Shown: positions 17,000 through 26,632 of the stretch, in pieces
Numbering within the stretch: the first letter of the stretch is position 1
How the letters are laid out: every line of letters begins with the position of its first letter
Assembly: GCA_050124795.1 (NCBI GenBank)
Contig: JASFEO010000014.1
Location: 1-34,510 of the forward strand
DNA: 34,510 nucleotides
Reading direction: 5' to 3'
DNA from: Candidatus Pacearchaeota archaeon
GTDB lineage: Archaea; Nanobdellota; Nanobdellia; Pacearchaeales; GW2011-AR1
The notes under the pieces: generated by a model
Told to the model about the DNA's origin: nothing
Database searches by the model: none
The model's input: only the letters and a program-made list of their open reading frames with translations
Made by a program: the position numbers and the translations under genes

Positions 17000-18880
17000 A
17001 TGGCGAATACTTATGGCGCAAGTGAAATCAAAGTTCTGGAAGGTTTGGAAGGAGTAAGACGAAGACCGGCAATGTATATTGGTTCAACAGGTAAAGAAGG
17101 TTTGCACCACTTAGTCTATGAAGTAGTTGATAATTCTGTTGACGAACACATGGCTGGAAATGGAGATTTAATAAAAGTTACAATTAATGAAGATGGTTCA
17201 TGCACTGTTGAAGATAATGGAAGAGGGATTCCTGTTGGTATGCATCCGCAATTAAAAATTCCTGCAGTTCAGGTCGCCTTAACAAAACTTCATGCAGGCG
17301 GAAAGTTCGACAAGAAGTCCTACGCAATTTCAGGAGGTCTTCACGGAGTTGGAATTTCATGTGTTAATGCACTAAGCAAAAAATTAATTGTTGAAGTAAA
17401 ACAAAATGGAAAAGTTCACAAACAGGAATATTCCAGAGGTACAGCAAAAACAAAATTAAAAATTATCGGAAAGTGCGGGAACAATGAGACCGGAACAAGA
17501 ATAACTTTCTGGCCTGACGAAGAAATTTTCTCAACTCTTAATTTTGATTACAAAGTTTTGGAAACAAGGTTTAGAGAAATTGCATATTTAAATGCAGGAT
17601 TAAAGATAATTTTAAAAGATAAAAACAAAAATAAATCTGAAGAGTTTTTTGCTGCCGGCGGTTTGGTTGAATTTGTCAAGTGGATTAATAAAACAAAAGA
17701 TGTTTTGCATAAGCCAATTTATTTCAAGCGGGAAGGCGACGGCACAGCAGTTGATATTTCAGTTCAGTATAATTCAGGCTACAGGGAAAACATTTTTGGA
17801 TTTGTAAACACAATAAACACAGTTGAAGGAGGGACGCATGTCTCAGGTTTCAAGACTGCATTAACAAGAGTGATTAATGATTACGCAAAGAAAAAAGGTT
17901 TGTTAAAACAGGGAAGTTTATCCGGGGATGACGTTAGAGAAGGAATTACTGCAATTGTGAGCATTAAAATCGGAGACCCGCAGTTTGAGGGGCAGACAAA
18001 AACAAAATTAGGAAATTCCGAAGTCAAGGGTTTTGTTGATTCAATTGCAAGTTCTGCATTAAGCGAGTTTTTCGAGGAGAACCCGGCAGTTGCAAAAAAA
18101 ATAACTTCAAAAGCACTTGATTCTGCAAAGGCAAGACTCGCAGCAAAAAAAGCAAAAGATTTAGTCAGAAGAAAAAACGCATTTTCATTAGGAGGTCTTC
18201 CTGGGAAATTAACGGATTGTTCTGATAAAAAATCTGAGAATACTGAACTTTATATTGTTGAAGGAAAGAGCGCAGCAGGAAGCGCAAAGGGGGGGCGTGA
18301 TAGAAAGACTCAGGCTATTTTACCTCTTCGTGGGAAAATTCTGAATGTTGAAAAATCAAATCCAGTAAGAGCCTTGTCAAGTGAGGAAATCACAAACATG
18401 ATAACTGCAATTGGCACAGGAGTTGGAGACCAGTTTGATTTAAAGAGATTAAGATATTCAAAAATTGTAATAATGACTGATGCAGATGTCGACGGTGAGC
18501 ATATTAAAACTTTGTTACTTACCTTCTTTTTCAGGTTCACCCCCGAGTTAATTAAAGAAGGTCATATCTATGCAGCAATGCCCCCGCTTTTTAGAATCAG
18601 AAAGAAAAAGGATTATTATGTTTATACTGAAGAAGAACTTCGCAAGACAGTTGAAAAACTTAATGCAACAAATGTTACAAGATTCAAAGGTTTAGGAGAA
18701 ATGACAGAAACGCAGCTTTGGGATACGACGATGAACCCTAAGACAAGGAAGATAAAAAAGATTTTTATTGAAGATGCAGTTGAGGCTGATCAGGTTTTTT
18801 CATTATTAATGGGCGATGATGTGCAGGCGCGTAAAGAATTTATTCAGGAAAATGCAAAGGAGGCTAATTTGGATGTATAA
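17000..18880 (+). CDS. gyrB: DNA gyrase subunit B
   Basis: LEGLEGVRRRPAMYIG, EVVDNS.DE, DNGRGIP, GGLHGVG, FEGQTK, PLRGKILNV, MTDADVDG, RFKGLGEM. Confidence 0.97.
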   Translation: MANTYGASEIKVLEGLEGVRRRPAMYIGSTGKEGLHHLVYEVVDNSVDEHMAGNGDLIKVTINEDGSCTVEDNGRGIPVGMHPQLKIPAVQVALTKLHAGGKFDKKSYAISGGLHGVGISCVNALSKKLIVEVKQNGKVHKQEYSRGTAKTKLKIIGKCGNNETGTRITFWPDEEIFSTLNFDYKVLETRFREIAYLNAGLKIILKDKNKNKSEEFFAAGGLVEFVKWINKTKDVLHKPIYFKREGDGTAVDISVQYNSGYRENIFGFVNTINTVEGGTHVSGFKTALTRVINDYAKKKGLLKQGSLSGDDVREGITAIVSIKIGDPQFEGQTKTKLGNSEVKGFVDSIASSALSEFFEENPAVAKKITSKALDSAKARLAAKKAKDLVRRKNAFSLGGLPGKLTDCSDKKSENTELYIVEGKSAAGSAKGGRDRKTQAILPLRGKILNVEKSNPVRALSSEEITNMITAIGTGVGDQFDLKRLRYSKIVIMTDADVDGEHIKTLLLTFFFRFTPELIKEGHIYAAMPPLFRIRKKKDYYVYTEEELRKTVEKLNATNVTRFKGLGEMTETQLWDTTMNPKTRKIKKIFIEDAVEADQVFSLLMGDDVQARKEFIQENAKEANLDV

Positions 18881-18881
18881 A

Positions 18882-19475
18882 ATGGAAAATAATTATTTAA
18901 TAAAAAACCTTGAACAACATATTAATGTTATGGAGAGTTTAATTGGACAGGAAGAAAATATAACAGAGGCAAATAAAAAAATTGTTGATTGTTTTATAAA
19001 TAATGGATGCATTTTAGTCATGGGAAACGGCGGGTCTTTTGCAGATGCAATTCATATTGAAGGAGAACTTGTTGGAAGATTCAAACTTGACAGAAGACCC
19101 TTTGCTGTCAAAGCTGCAGGAACAAGTGGCGCTGTTTTAACTGCATTATCAAATGATTTTTCTTTTGAAGATGCTTATGCAAGAGAGGTGGAAGCATATC
19201 TAAGAAAAGGGGATGTTCTGTGGGGCATAACCACTTCAGGAAATTCAAAGAATGTAATTAAAGCTTTTGAAAAAGGACAGGAAATCGGAACCTACAATCT
19301 TTTAATGAGCGGAAAAACTGGAGGAAAAATTCATGAAAAAAACTTAGCAAATTTAGAGATTTTAGTTAATTCAACAGAAACTGCAAGGATACAGGAAGCT
19401 CATGAATTTATTTATCACACTATGTGCGAACAGATTGAAAAGAGGATGGTTAATTATTTTGGAGGGGATAAATAA
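18882..19475 (+). CDS. gmhA: SIS-domain phosphoheptose isomerase (GmhA-like)
   Basis: GNGGSFADA.H..ELVGRF, LTALSND.SF, TTSGNS.NV, TARIQEAH..H; start set to ATG 18882. Confidence 0.85.
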   Translation: MENNYLIKNLEQHINVMESLIGQEENITEANKKIVDCFINNGCILVMGNGGSFADAIHIEGELVGRFKLDRRPFAVKAAGTSGAVLTALSNDFSFEDAYAREVEAYLRKGDVLWGITTSGNSKNVIKAFEKGQEIGTYNLLMSGKTGGKIHEKNLANLEILVNSTETARIQEAHEFIYHTMCEQIEKRMVNYFGGDK

Positions 19476-20146
19476 TGGTAAAAAATTTTCAGGAAAAAAT
19501 GGATGAAAAATTTTATGAAGAATTAAGAGAACAGATACAAGATTATTTTGAGAAAGGCGGAAGTCATGCATTTGACCATACACAAAGGGTTTTTAATTTA
19601 GCCCTGCATTTATCAAAAGAAAAAGAAATTGATTTAGATATTTTAAAAGCATCGGTTTTACTTCATGATATTGCAAGAAAAAAGCAGGATGAACTTAATG
19701 GAGAAATTTGCCATGCACAAGAAGGTGCAAAAATTGCCAAAGAAATTTTAGAAAAAACTGATTTTCCAGAGGACAAAATAGAAAAGGTGGTTCATGCAAT
19801 TGAGGCTCATCGCCAGAGTAGAGGACCTGAACCTGAAACAGAAGAAGCTAAAATTTTAAGTGATGCAGATAAACTTGATGCATTAGGAGCAATAACTATT
19901 GGAGGGATATTTTCAACAGGAGGAAAAGTTGATAGACCTTTGTATGACCCAAAAATCCCTCCAAAAGAAGATTACAAAAATAAAGGTTATTCTGATACAA
20001 CAATTAATGGTTTTTATGAAAAATTATTAAAATTAAAACCAGAGAATTTTTACACTGAAGAGGCTAAGAAATTAGCAAAAGGTAGATATAAATTTGTTGA
20101 GGAATTTTTAGAGAGATTTCTTAAAGAATGGGATGGTGAATTATAA
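19475..20146 (+). CDS. HD-domain phosphohydrolase (YedJ-like)
   Basis: H..DHT.RV, LLHDI, HA..GA, I..H, DADKLDALGA. Confidence 0.9.
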   Translation: MVKNFQEKMDEKFYEELREQIQDYFEKGGSHAFDHTQRVFNLALHLSKEKEIDLDILKASVLLHDIARKKQDELNGEICHAQEGAKIAKEILEKTDFPEDKIEKVVHAIEAHRQSRGPEPETEEAKILSDADKLDALGAITIGGIFSTGGKVDRPLYDPKIPPKEDYKNKGYSDTTINGFYEKLLKLKPENFYTEEAKKLAKGRYKFVEEFLERFLKEWDGEL

Positions 20147-20147
20147 A

Positions 20148-20510
20148 ATGATAAACGAATTTCAGGAAAAAATAAAAAAGTTTGATGAGACCCGAGGCTG
20201 GGATAAGCATTGGAATATTAAAGACTTATGTTTAAACATGAATGAAGAAATTGGAGAATTATGGCATTTAATTAAATGGATTCCAGAGGAAAAACAAAAA
20301 GAAATTATTAAAGAAAATCAAAATGAAGCAGACAATTTTATTGGTGATGTTTTGTTTATAATTTTGAAAATGGCAAATCAACTTGGGACAGATGCTGAAT
20401 ATGAATTGCAGAAAGTTCTGGAGGAATATGAAAAAAGAATGCCTGTGGGAAAAATGAAAGAAGTCGGGCATGCAAATAAATTAGCAGGAGGTCATGACGA
20501 GAAGGAGTAA
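20148..20510 (+). CDS. MazG-like nucleotide pyrophosphohydrolase
   Basis: RGW, MNEEIGEL, IGDVLF..L.MAN.LG. Confidence 0.75.
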   Translation: MINEFQEKIKKFDETRGWDKHWNIKDLCLNMNEEIGELWHLIKWIPEEKQKEIIKENQNEADNFIGDVLFIILKMANQLGTDAEYELQKVLEEYEKRMPVGKMKEVGHANKLAGGHDEKE

Positions 20511-20511
20511 A

Positions 20512-21018
20512 ATGATAACTTATTTTTTTGAGGATTATTGGAACATTAATGATAAAGATGATGAAAATGCTCAGTTATCCGGGATAGCAATAGTAAGATT
20601 ATCAGAATTTTTTGGGATTAATTTTGGTAGTGAGATATGGAATAAGTTTTGTTTGGAAGTTTTAACAAGGCCGAATTATCCTCGGTCAGCAGGACTTTAT
20701 CTTCCATCAATTAATGGAAAAAATGCAAAAATAATACTACCAGAATATAGCCCTAATATTGAAAATAGGGAAACTGCAGGGCATGAGGCCAGTCATTTTT
20801 TGCATGAGCTTGTTAATCCAGATGGCTTTTTCGTAGAGGGAGTAGTTTCCCCTCAGAAATTATACCGAGAATGCATTGCTACTATTGGAGAAAAAAGATT
20901 TACCGGAATGTTAAAAGGTAATCAATATGATGCACAAAGATTAATTAGGCTTAAGCCCTCTGAAGTTTATGAGAAGTCTAATCAATTATTTAAAATAAGA
21001 AAGGAGTTAACAAATTAA
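20512..21018 (+). CDS. Hypothetical protein with HExxH zinc-metalloprotease motif
   Basis: AGLY..I.L....TAGHEASHFLH...E. Confidence 0.55.
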   Translation: MITYFFEDYWNINDKDDENAQLSGIAIVRLSEFFGINFGSEIWNKFCLEVLTRPNYPRSAGLYLPSINGKNAKIILPEYSPNIENRETAGHEASHFLHELVNPDGFFVEGVVSPQKLYRECIATIGEKRFTGMLKGNQYDAQRLIRLKPSEVYEKSNQLFKIRKELTN

Positions 21019-21245
21019 AATGAATAAAATAAAAATAACTTATAATAATGAACGAGAGATTATAAAAGATTCTTGCCTTTTTTCAGATTATGAAAATTTT
21101 TGTTCACACCCAAATATTGAAAAAAGAAAATTAATATGCAAATATGGGTTAACAGAAATAAATGTTCCAGAGAACTGTCCTTTAAGAAAAAAGTCTTTAA
21201 TAACTAAAATTGAATTATTAACAAATTAAAATGAGTAAAATAAAA
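21007..21245 (+). repeat. 28-nt direct repeat (27/28 identical) at 21007-21034 and 21218-21245 flanking one ORF
   Basis: TTAACAAATTAAAATGA[A/G]TAAAATAAAA; each copy spans a stop codon and the next start codon. Confidence 0.8.
21020..21229 (+). CDS. Small four-Cys hypothetical protein
   Basis: 69 aa, SCLF..FCSHP..ICK..PENCPL; TAAAATG coupling on both sides. Confidence 0.6.
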   Translation: MNKIKITYNNEREIIKDSCLFSDYENFCSHPNIEKRKLICKYGLTEINVPENCPLRKKSLITKIELLTN

Positions 21246-21509
21246 CATAGGTATAGTAGCGAGGTTGAGAATTTTCAAAAAGAGATTTTAGGACGAGTTA
21301 AAGATTTAATTCTTCAGGGAATTGAACAAGAAAAATGCTCAAAGCTAGAAAAATGCAATTATATCTTAAGACAAATCAAAGCAAGTAATTTCTCAATTCC
21401 AAATGCCCATGGATATTTAACTCTTATTTGTGAAAAATATCCTGGTGCTTGTGAAGTTAATTTGCAGGATGATTCAGAAAGATTAAATAATTTAGAGGTT
21501 ATAGTTTAA
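21231..21509 (+). CDS. Small four-Cys hypothetical protein
   Basis: 92 aa, C-x5-C..C-x6-C; coupled junctions. Confidence 0.55.
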   Translation: MSKIKHRYSSEVENFQKEILGRVKDLILQGIEQEKCSKLEKCNYILRQIKASNFSIPNAHGYLTLICEKYPGACEVNLQDDSERLNNLEVIV

Positions 21510-21510
21510 A

Positions 21511-21840
21511 ATGCCAAAGAAAAAATCAAAACTAGCAACACCTGCATGGATTTTAGAAGGTTATGATTCTCCTGAAGATTATGCAAAAGCTCAGGGCAAA
21601 AGTGTCAAGAAAAAAAAGGAAGGAAGAGTTTTCAAAGTTAGAATGTGCCCGAAATGCAAGAGTGAGGATGTCAGGCTTGTTTTAAGTAACAGCGACGCTG
21701 AAGAAGGCGGAGGACGAGAATGGGAATGCCGCAAATGCGGCTGGACTGGTGATGATGTTATTGAAGAAGAATTAAATGAAGAAGAATTTATGGAATTCAT
21801 GGATAGAAATGACAAGGAGGATGAAGAAGATGCCAATTGA
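21511..21840 (+). CDS. Zn-ribbon protein with basic N-terminus and acidic tail
   Basis: CPKCKS..WECRKCGW. Confidence 0.7.
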   Translation: MPKKKSKLATPAWILEGYDSPEDYAKAQGKSVKKKKEGRVFKVRMCPKCKSEDVRLVLSNSDAEEGGGREWECRKCGWTGDDVIEEELNEEEFMEFMDRNDKEDEEDAN

Positions 21841-22093
21841 ATATGATTATATTGACGACGAAGATGATAATGAAGAAGAAGTTGTGATTGACCTTGACAG
21901 CGAAGAAACAGAAGAAATTGATGTTTGGGAATTTGCACTTGATGATGAAGATATTGACGAATTAATTGAAATGCTAAAAGAATTAAAAGAAACAAAACAG
22001 CATTTTCATTTTGACCTTGACGAAGCAAATGAACTTGTGATTCATCATGCTGAAGAAATCGACGATGAAGAATCTGAGGAGGAAGAGGAATGA
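21830..22093 (+). CDS. Highly acidic hypothetical protein (87 aa)
   Basis: Start MPIEY after GGAGG SD; 42 of 87 residues are D/E. Confidence 0.65.
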   Translation: MPIEYDYIDDEDDNEEEVVIDLDSEETEEIDVWEFALDDEDIDELIEMLKELKETKQHFHFDLDEANELVIHHAEEIDDEESEEEEE

Positions 22094-22467
22094 GGATAAC
22101 AATTATTGGAAGCATGAAGTTTTATGAAAAGTTTGAGGAGTTAAAAAAAGAATTAGAAGAACAAGGTAATCAGATTATTGGAATCCCTCTTCCTGATGAG
22201 GTTTATCCAAATGAGACTAATATAAAATTAAAAGCAATGGAAGATTTTAATGATGATCTGGAAAAGTCAGATGCAATTCTGGTTGCTAATTATGATAAAG
22301 ATGAAAAAACCTGCCATATAGGAATTAACTCTATAATGGAAATTGGAATGGCTTTTAACAGAAATAAAAAAATATTCTTATTAAATAAAATCCCTGAAAA
22401 ATGTAAAGATGAATTAGAAGCAATAAACGTTATTGAATTAAATGGAGACTTAGCTAAATTAAAATGA
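22090..22467 (+). CDS. Nucleoside 2-deoxyribosyltransferase-like protein
   Basis: [35 protein letters not shown]. Confidence 0.65.
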   Translation: MRITIIGSMKFYEKFEELKKELEEQGNQIIGIPLPDEVYPNETNIKLKAMEDFNDDLEKSDAILVANYDKDEKTCHIGINSIMEIGMAFNRNKKIFLLNKIPEKCKDELEAINVIELNGDLAKLK

Positions 22468-24956
22468 CAGAAGAAAAAGAAAATATTGAAGAGCCTAAAT
22501 GCGACAACACACTTAAAGACTGCTCAACTGAAAAAGGAGTAATTAATTCAGAAGTTTCAGGTGAAATGAAAAAGGCATATTTAGATTATGCAATGAGTGT
22601 TATTGTTTCACGTGCCTTGCCGTCAATTGAAGATGGAATGAAACCTGTTCAGCGGCGTATTTTATATGTTATGAACAAAATGGGATTAAAACCAAATGTG
22701 CAGACAAGAAAATCAGCAACAGTTGTCGGTGAAGTTATGGGTAAGTATCATCCTCATGGCGATTCTGCGATTTATGATGCAATGGTTAGACTGGCGCAGG
22801 ACTTTTCATTAAGATATCCATTAGTATTTGGTCAGGGAAATTTTGGTTCAATCGACGGAGACCCGCCGGCTGCAATGCGTTATACTGAGGCTAAATTAAT
22901 GAACATCTCTGCTGAACTAATCGAGGATATTGAAAAAGAGACAGTTAAGTTTGTTGATAATTATGACGGCTCAACAAAAGAACCTGAACTTCTTCCGGGC
23001 AAATTGCCGACTTTAATGTTAAACGGCGCAACAGGAATTGCCGTTGGTATGGCAACAAATATTCCTCCGCATAATTTAACTGAAACTGTTGAAGCAATAA
23101 ATTCTTATATTAAAAATCCCGACATTTCAATTGATGAACTTTGCGAGATTGTCAAAGGTCCTGATTTCCCAACTGGCGGCTATGTGCAAGGAGACATGAA
23201 TGAACTTTACAAAACAGGAAGAGGAAGACTCATCATGCGCGGGAAAGTCACAACTGAAAATATTAAAAATAAAGAGGCAGTTGTCATAACTGAAATTCCC
23301 TATATGCTAAACAAATCAACATTAGTCGAACAAATCGCGAACCTTATCCAAAATAAAAAAATAAAAGATGTCGCAGACCTAAGAGATGAATCAAATAAGG
23401 GAAAAATCAGGATTGTCATTGAATTAAAAAAAGGCGCAAGTTCAAAATTCGTAATCAACTCTTTATACAAATATACAAGATTGCAGGATTCATTTAATGT
23501 TAATTTCTTAGCACTTGTCGACGGCCAGCCAAAGATTTTGGATTTGAAAAATGTCATGGAAGAATATGTAAAATACAGGAAGAAAATTATCACAAACAGA
23601 ACAAAGTATGATTTAAAAAAAGCAAAAGAACGGCAAGAAATTGTCGAAGGACTTCTCATAGCTCTCAAAAATATTGATGCAGTGATCAGTTTGATAAAGA
23701 AGTCAAAAGCAAAAGCCGAGGCTCTTGAAGGATTGATTAAAAAATTTAAATTAACAAAAAGACAGGCAGAAGCAGTTTTAGAAACCAAGTTGCAGCAGCT
23801 TACAAGTTTAGAAACTGAAAAACTAAAAAAAGAATCTGAAGAATTAAAAAAGAAGATAAGTGAGTTTGAGAAAATCTTAGCAAACATAAAAGAAGTTTTG
23901 AAAATTATTGTAAAAGAAGTTAATGAATTAAAAAATAAATATGGAGACAACAGAAAAACCCAGATTTTAAAGAGGATTAGTGAACTCACTGAAAAAGACT
24001 TAGTTCAGAAAACTGATGTTGTTGTGACAATTACTGACAAGGGTTATTGCAAAAGAATGAATGTGAAAACTTATAAAGAACAAAAGCGGGGAGGCAAAGG
24101 AGTTATTGGAAGTAATTTAGCTACGGGGGATTTTGTAAAACAAATGATAACCTGCTCAACTCATGATTACTTATTATTTTTCACAACAAGAGGAAGAGTC
24201 CTGTGGCTTAAAACTTATGATTTGCCGTCAGCAGAAAGATACAGCAAGGGAAAAGCAATTATTAACTTATTAAACTTAAGAGATGAAAGAGTGACAAATG
24301 TTATTTCTGTTAAAAATTTCGACGACTCATTATTCATGGCAACTAAAAAAGGAATTGTAAAAAAGATTTCATTATCTAATTTTTCAAAACCAAGGGCTTC
24401 GGGAATCAAGGCAATTAATCTCCCCAACGATAATTCAGACGAACTAATTGGAGTTGAAATTGTAAAACCAAAACAGGAAGTCTGCATTGCAACTAAAAAA
24501 GGTCAGGCAATAAGATTTAATTCTAATGATGTCAGAAGCATGGGCAGAGCAAGTTATGGAGTGACAGGAATCAAATTAGGAAAAGAAGATGAAGTTGTGA
24601 GCATGGAAATTTTGTCAACTGAGGCAATTTTAACAATCACAAGAAAAGGTTATGGCAAAAGAACTTTAGTTGAAGACTATAGAAAAACTGCAAGAGCGGG
24701 CAAAGGTGTGATTAATTTAAAAATAACTCCAAAAACAGGCGACGTTGTAACAACAGTTTCAGTAAATTCCGACGACAGCATAATTATTACAACTGCAAAG
24801 GGGCTTGTCATGCGAACAACTTTGAAAAATATTAGAATTATGGGAAGGGCAACGCAAGGTGTGAGAATTGTAAAACTGCAGCAAGGTGATTATGTAACAG
24901 ATTTAGTAAAAGTTGTTGATAACGAAGTTAACGGGGAAACTGTCGGGGCAGAATAA
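22464..24956 (+). CDS. gyrA: DNA gyrase subunit A
   Basis: [42 protein letters not shown] catalytic Tyr, GyrA-box QKRGGKG, beta-pinwheel repeats. Confidence 0.97.
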   Translation: MTEEKENIEEPKCDNTLKDCSTEKGVINSEVSGEMKKAYLDYAMSVIVSRALPSIEDGMKPVQRRILYVMNKMGLKPNVQTRKSATVVGEVMGKYHPHGDSAIYDAMVRLAQDFSLRYPLVFGQGNFGSIDGDPPAAMRYTEAKLMNISAELIEDIEKETVKFVDNYDGSTKEPELLPGKLPTLMLNGATGIAVGMATNIPPHNLTETVEAINSYIKNPDISIDELCEIVKGPDFPTGGYVQGDMNELYKTGRGRLIMRGKVTTENIKNKEAVVITEIPYMLNKSTLVEQIANLIQNKKIKDVADLRDESNKGKIRIVIELKKGASSKFVINSLYKYTRLQDSFNVNFLALVDGQPKILDLKNVMEEYVKYRKKIITNRTKYDLKKAKERQEIVEGLLIALKNIDAVISLIKKSKAKAEALEGLIKKFKLTKRQAEAVLETKLQQLTSLETEKLKKESEELKKKISEFEKILANIKEVLKIIVKEVNELKNKYGDNRKTQILKRISELTEKDLVQKTDVVVTITDKGYCKRMNVKTYKEQKRGGKGVIGSNLATGDFVKQMITCSTHDYLLFFTTRGRVLWLKTYDLPSAERYSKGKAIINLLNLRDERVTNVISVKNFDDSLFMATKKGIVKKISLSNFSKPRASGIKAINLPNDNSDELIGVEIVKPKQEVCIATKKGQAIRFNSNDVRSMGRASYGVTGIKLGKEDEVVSMEILSTEAILTITRKGYGKRTLVEDYRKTARAGKGVINLKITPKTGDVVTTVSVNSDDSIIITTAKGLVMRTTLKNIRIMGRATQGVRIVKLQQGDYVTDLVKVVDNEVNGETVGAE

Positions 24957-25008
24957 TTATCTTTTCTATTACAATAATCCTTAAAAAGGCTTGAGGAGTA
25001 AAAAGATT

Positions 25009-25470
25009 ATGGGCGGAGTAATAGAAGTTCCTTATTTTGTTTATAATAATTATGATTGGGCAAATGTGTAGTTGGATTCTGAACCAATAGGTCTTTTGAA
25101 GAGACTTGAAGAAGGAGATAATTTATTCGATGTTATTCCAAAATTTCGAGGAGAGGATTTTTCTTTTGACCTGAAGTGGTCTTTTCCGTTTGGCAGATTT
25201 GAAAAAAGAAGAGAGATTCATAAGGGAGAAGAGATTTTTGATTCTCGTGAAGAACCTATTCAGGTCGGGAAATTGTTAATTCCTTATTATAATATTAAGT
25301 CAAGAGAGAAGATGGAAAAATTATTACAAGCTGAAAGTACTTCGTGCGGTTCTTATATTGAAGCTTTAGCAAAGTTTCCTAATTCAAAAAGGTTTTATTC
25401 ATGGGGGATGTCTTACGAACCAATAGATGAAAATATTTTAATTTTAAATGAGGCGCAACTAATAAGGTAA
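25009..25470 (+). pseudogene. Hypothetical gene with in-frame TAG at codon 21 (25069-25071)
   Basis: ATG 25009 with GAGGAG and a TATA-like box upstream, in frame with the 25072-25470 ORF. Confidence 0.5.
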
Positions 25471-25472
25471 TT

Positions 25473-25721
25473 ATGACAAAAGAAAACGATTTTTCAGTTG
25501 ATAAAGTTGCAAATTCCCTTGAGAAACTTGCAAAACAAATTAGAAGTAAAAAACAGGCGCTGGATTTAGTTAACAGAGGTATGAGGGGAGATGGAAGAGA
25601 GAATTATGATTTTACAGGGGCCTCACGATTTTTCAGAGAAGATTATCCAGATCTCAAAAAACTTTTTTATGAAATTCGCGGCAAAGGAATTCTAAATGGA
25701 TATATCAAAAAAGAAGATTAA
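25473..25721 (+). CDS. Hypothetical protein
   Basis: 82-aa ORF starting 2 nt after the previous stop. Confidence 0.55.
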   Translation: MTKENDFSVDKVANSLEKLAKQIRSKKQALDLVNRGMRGDGRENYDFTGASRFFREDYPDLKKLFYEIRGKGILNGYIKKED

Positions 25722-25734
25722 TTTTTTCAAAGAA

Positions 25735-26505
25735 TTATTTCCAAGCAGGACAAATCTTCTTATATCCGCACCAGTCACAAAGCGGAGAAATAAAAGTGGG
25801 AAATTTTTCTGTTGATTCAATTTCTTTAATTTGCTCTAATATTTTTTCTTTTAATTCATTTAATTGTTCATTTGTTCTTCTTGAACAGACTTTTTTGTCA
25901 AACGCTAAGTAGTGCCAGGTTAAACAGATATTTTTATCTTCGCCGATTACCTCGCGAATTGCAAGCGAGTAAAGCGCAAGCTGCCTGTCATTTTCAACCT
26001 TTTCTTTGTCAGGAAAACTATTTGAAGTTTTATAATCATGAATCTCATATTCATCTTTTTCTTTATTATGGCTTAGTCTGTCAATGTACCCCTGAATTAG
26101 ATATTTCCCGTCGTCATCCAGATTTATTAAGATCTTTTTTTCAACTTCCAATGTGTTATCATCAAATGGATAATTCCTGTTATAATATTCAAGAAGAAAC
26201 TGCACACCCTTGCTAAAATAATCTTTGAGTTCCATCCCCTGTTTTATTATTTTTGTTTCTGTTGAGAATTCTTCTCTCCACTTTTCTGTATAATAAGAGA
26301 TAACTTCACTGATATCAGGGATTTTTTTGTTTTCTATTTTCAAAGAGTAAAGCCATTCAAGTGTTGCATGCACAACTGTCCCAAGATGCGCTTCAATTGT
26401 CTTTAATTCTTCAGGGATTTTTTCAATATATTTGAATTTAAATTTTCTCGGGCATTGTTCAAATGTTCCAATTTTAGAATGTGAGTAATATTTTTTCTTT
26501 GTCAT
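25735..26505 (-). CDS. PD-(D/E)XK RecB/Cas4-like nuclease with 4-Cys (Fe-S-type) motif
   Basis: YSHS..F.QCP, GT.VH..LE, VEK, GYIDR, IHDYKTS, QLALY, LCDWCGYKKICP. Confidence 0.88.
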   Translation of the reverse strand: MTKKKYYSHSKIGTFEQCPRKFKFKYIEKIPEELKTIEAHLGTVVHATLEWLYSLKIENKKIPDISEVISYYTEKWREEFSTETKIIKQGMELKDYFSKGVQFLLEYYNRNYPFDDNTLEVEKKILINLDDDGKYLIQGYIDRLSHNKEKDEYEIHDYKTSNSFPDKEKVENDRQLALYSLAIREVIGEDKNICLTWHYLAFDKKVCSRRTNEQLNELKEKILEQIKEIESTEKFPTFISPLCDWCGYKKICPAWK

Positions 26506-26632
26506 GAAAATTCTAAAAATTATTTAGTTATAAAGTTTTATGAGAACTTACAAGTTAAATATTTATTAGAAACTTTTAAATAATAAATTTCCCTTGTTAT
26601 CTTATTATATTTAATTGAAAGGAGGTTGAAAT

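Noticed and set aside
18882-22467. Classical integron
   Set aside because: No tyrosine recombinase and no room for attC hairpins, since gaps are 0-1 nt
23300-24487. Long antisense ORFs within gyrA (and similar ones within uvrA, gyrB, scpA, lig, 26633-27529 and 21591-22115)
   Set aside because: Shadow frames of well-supported genes with Phe/Ser/Leu-rich composition and no motifs
25069-25071. Genome-wide amber recoding or pyrrolysine use
   Set aside because: All conserved genes translate fully in code 11, TAG acts as a stop elsewhere and no pyl genes are seen
25735-26505. Cas4-like nuclease as evidence of CRISPR-Cas or a casposon
   Set aside because: No repeat-spacer array, cas1 or other cas genes in the window; solo PD-(D/E)XK nucleases are common
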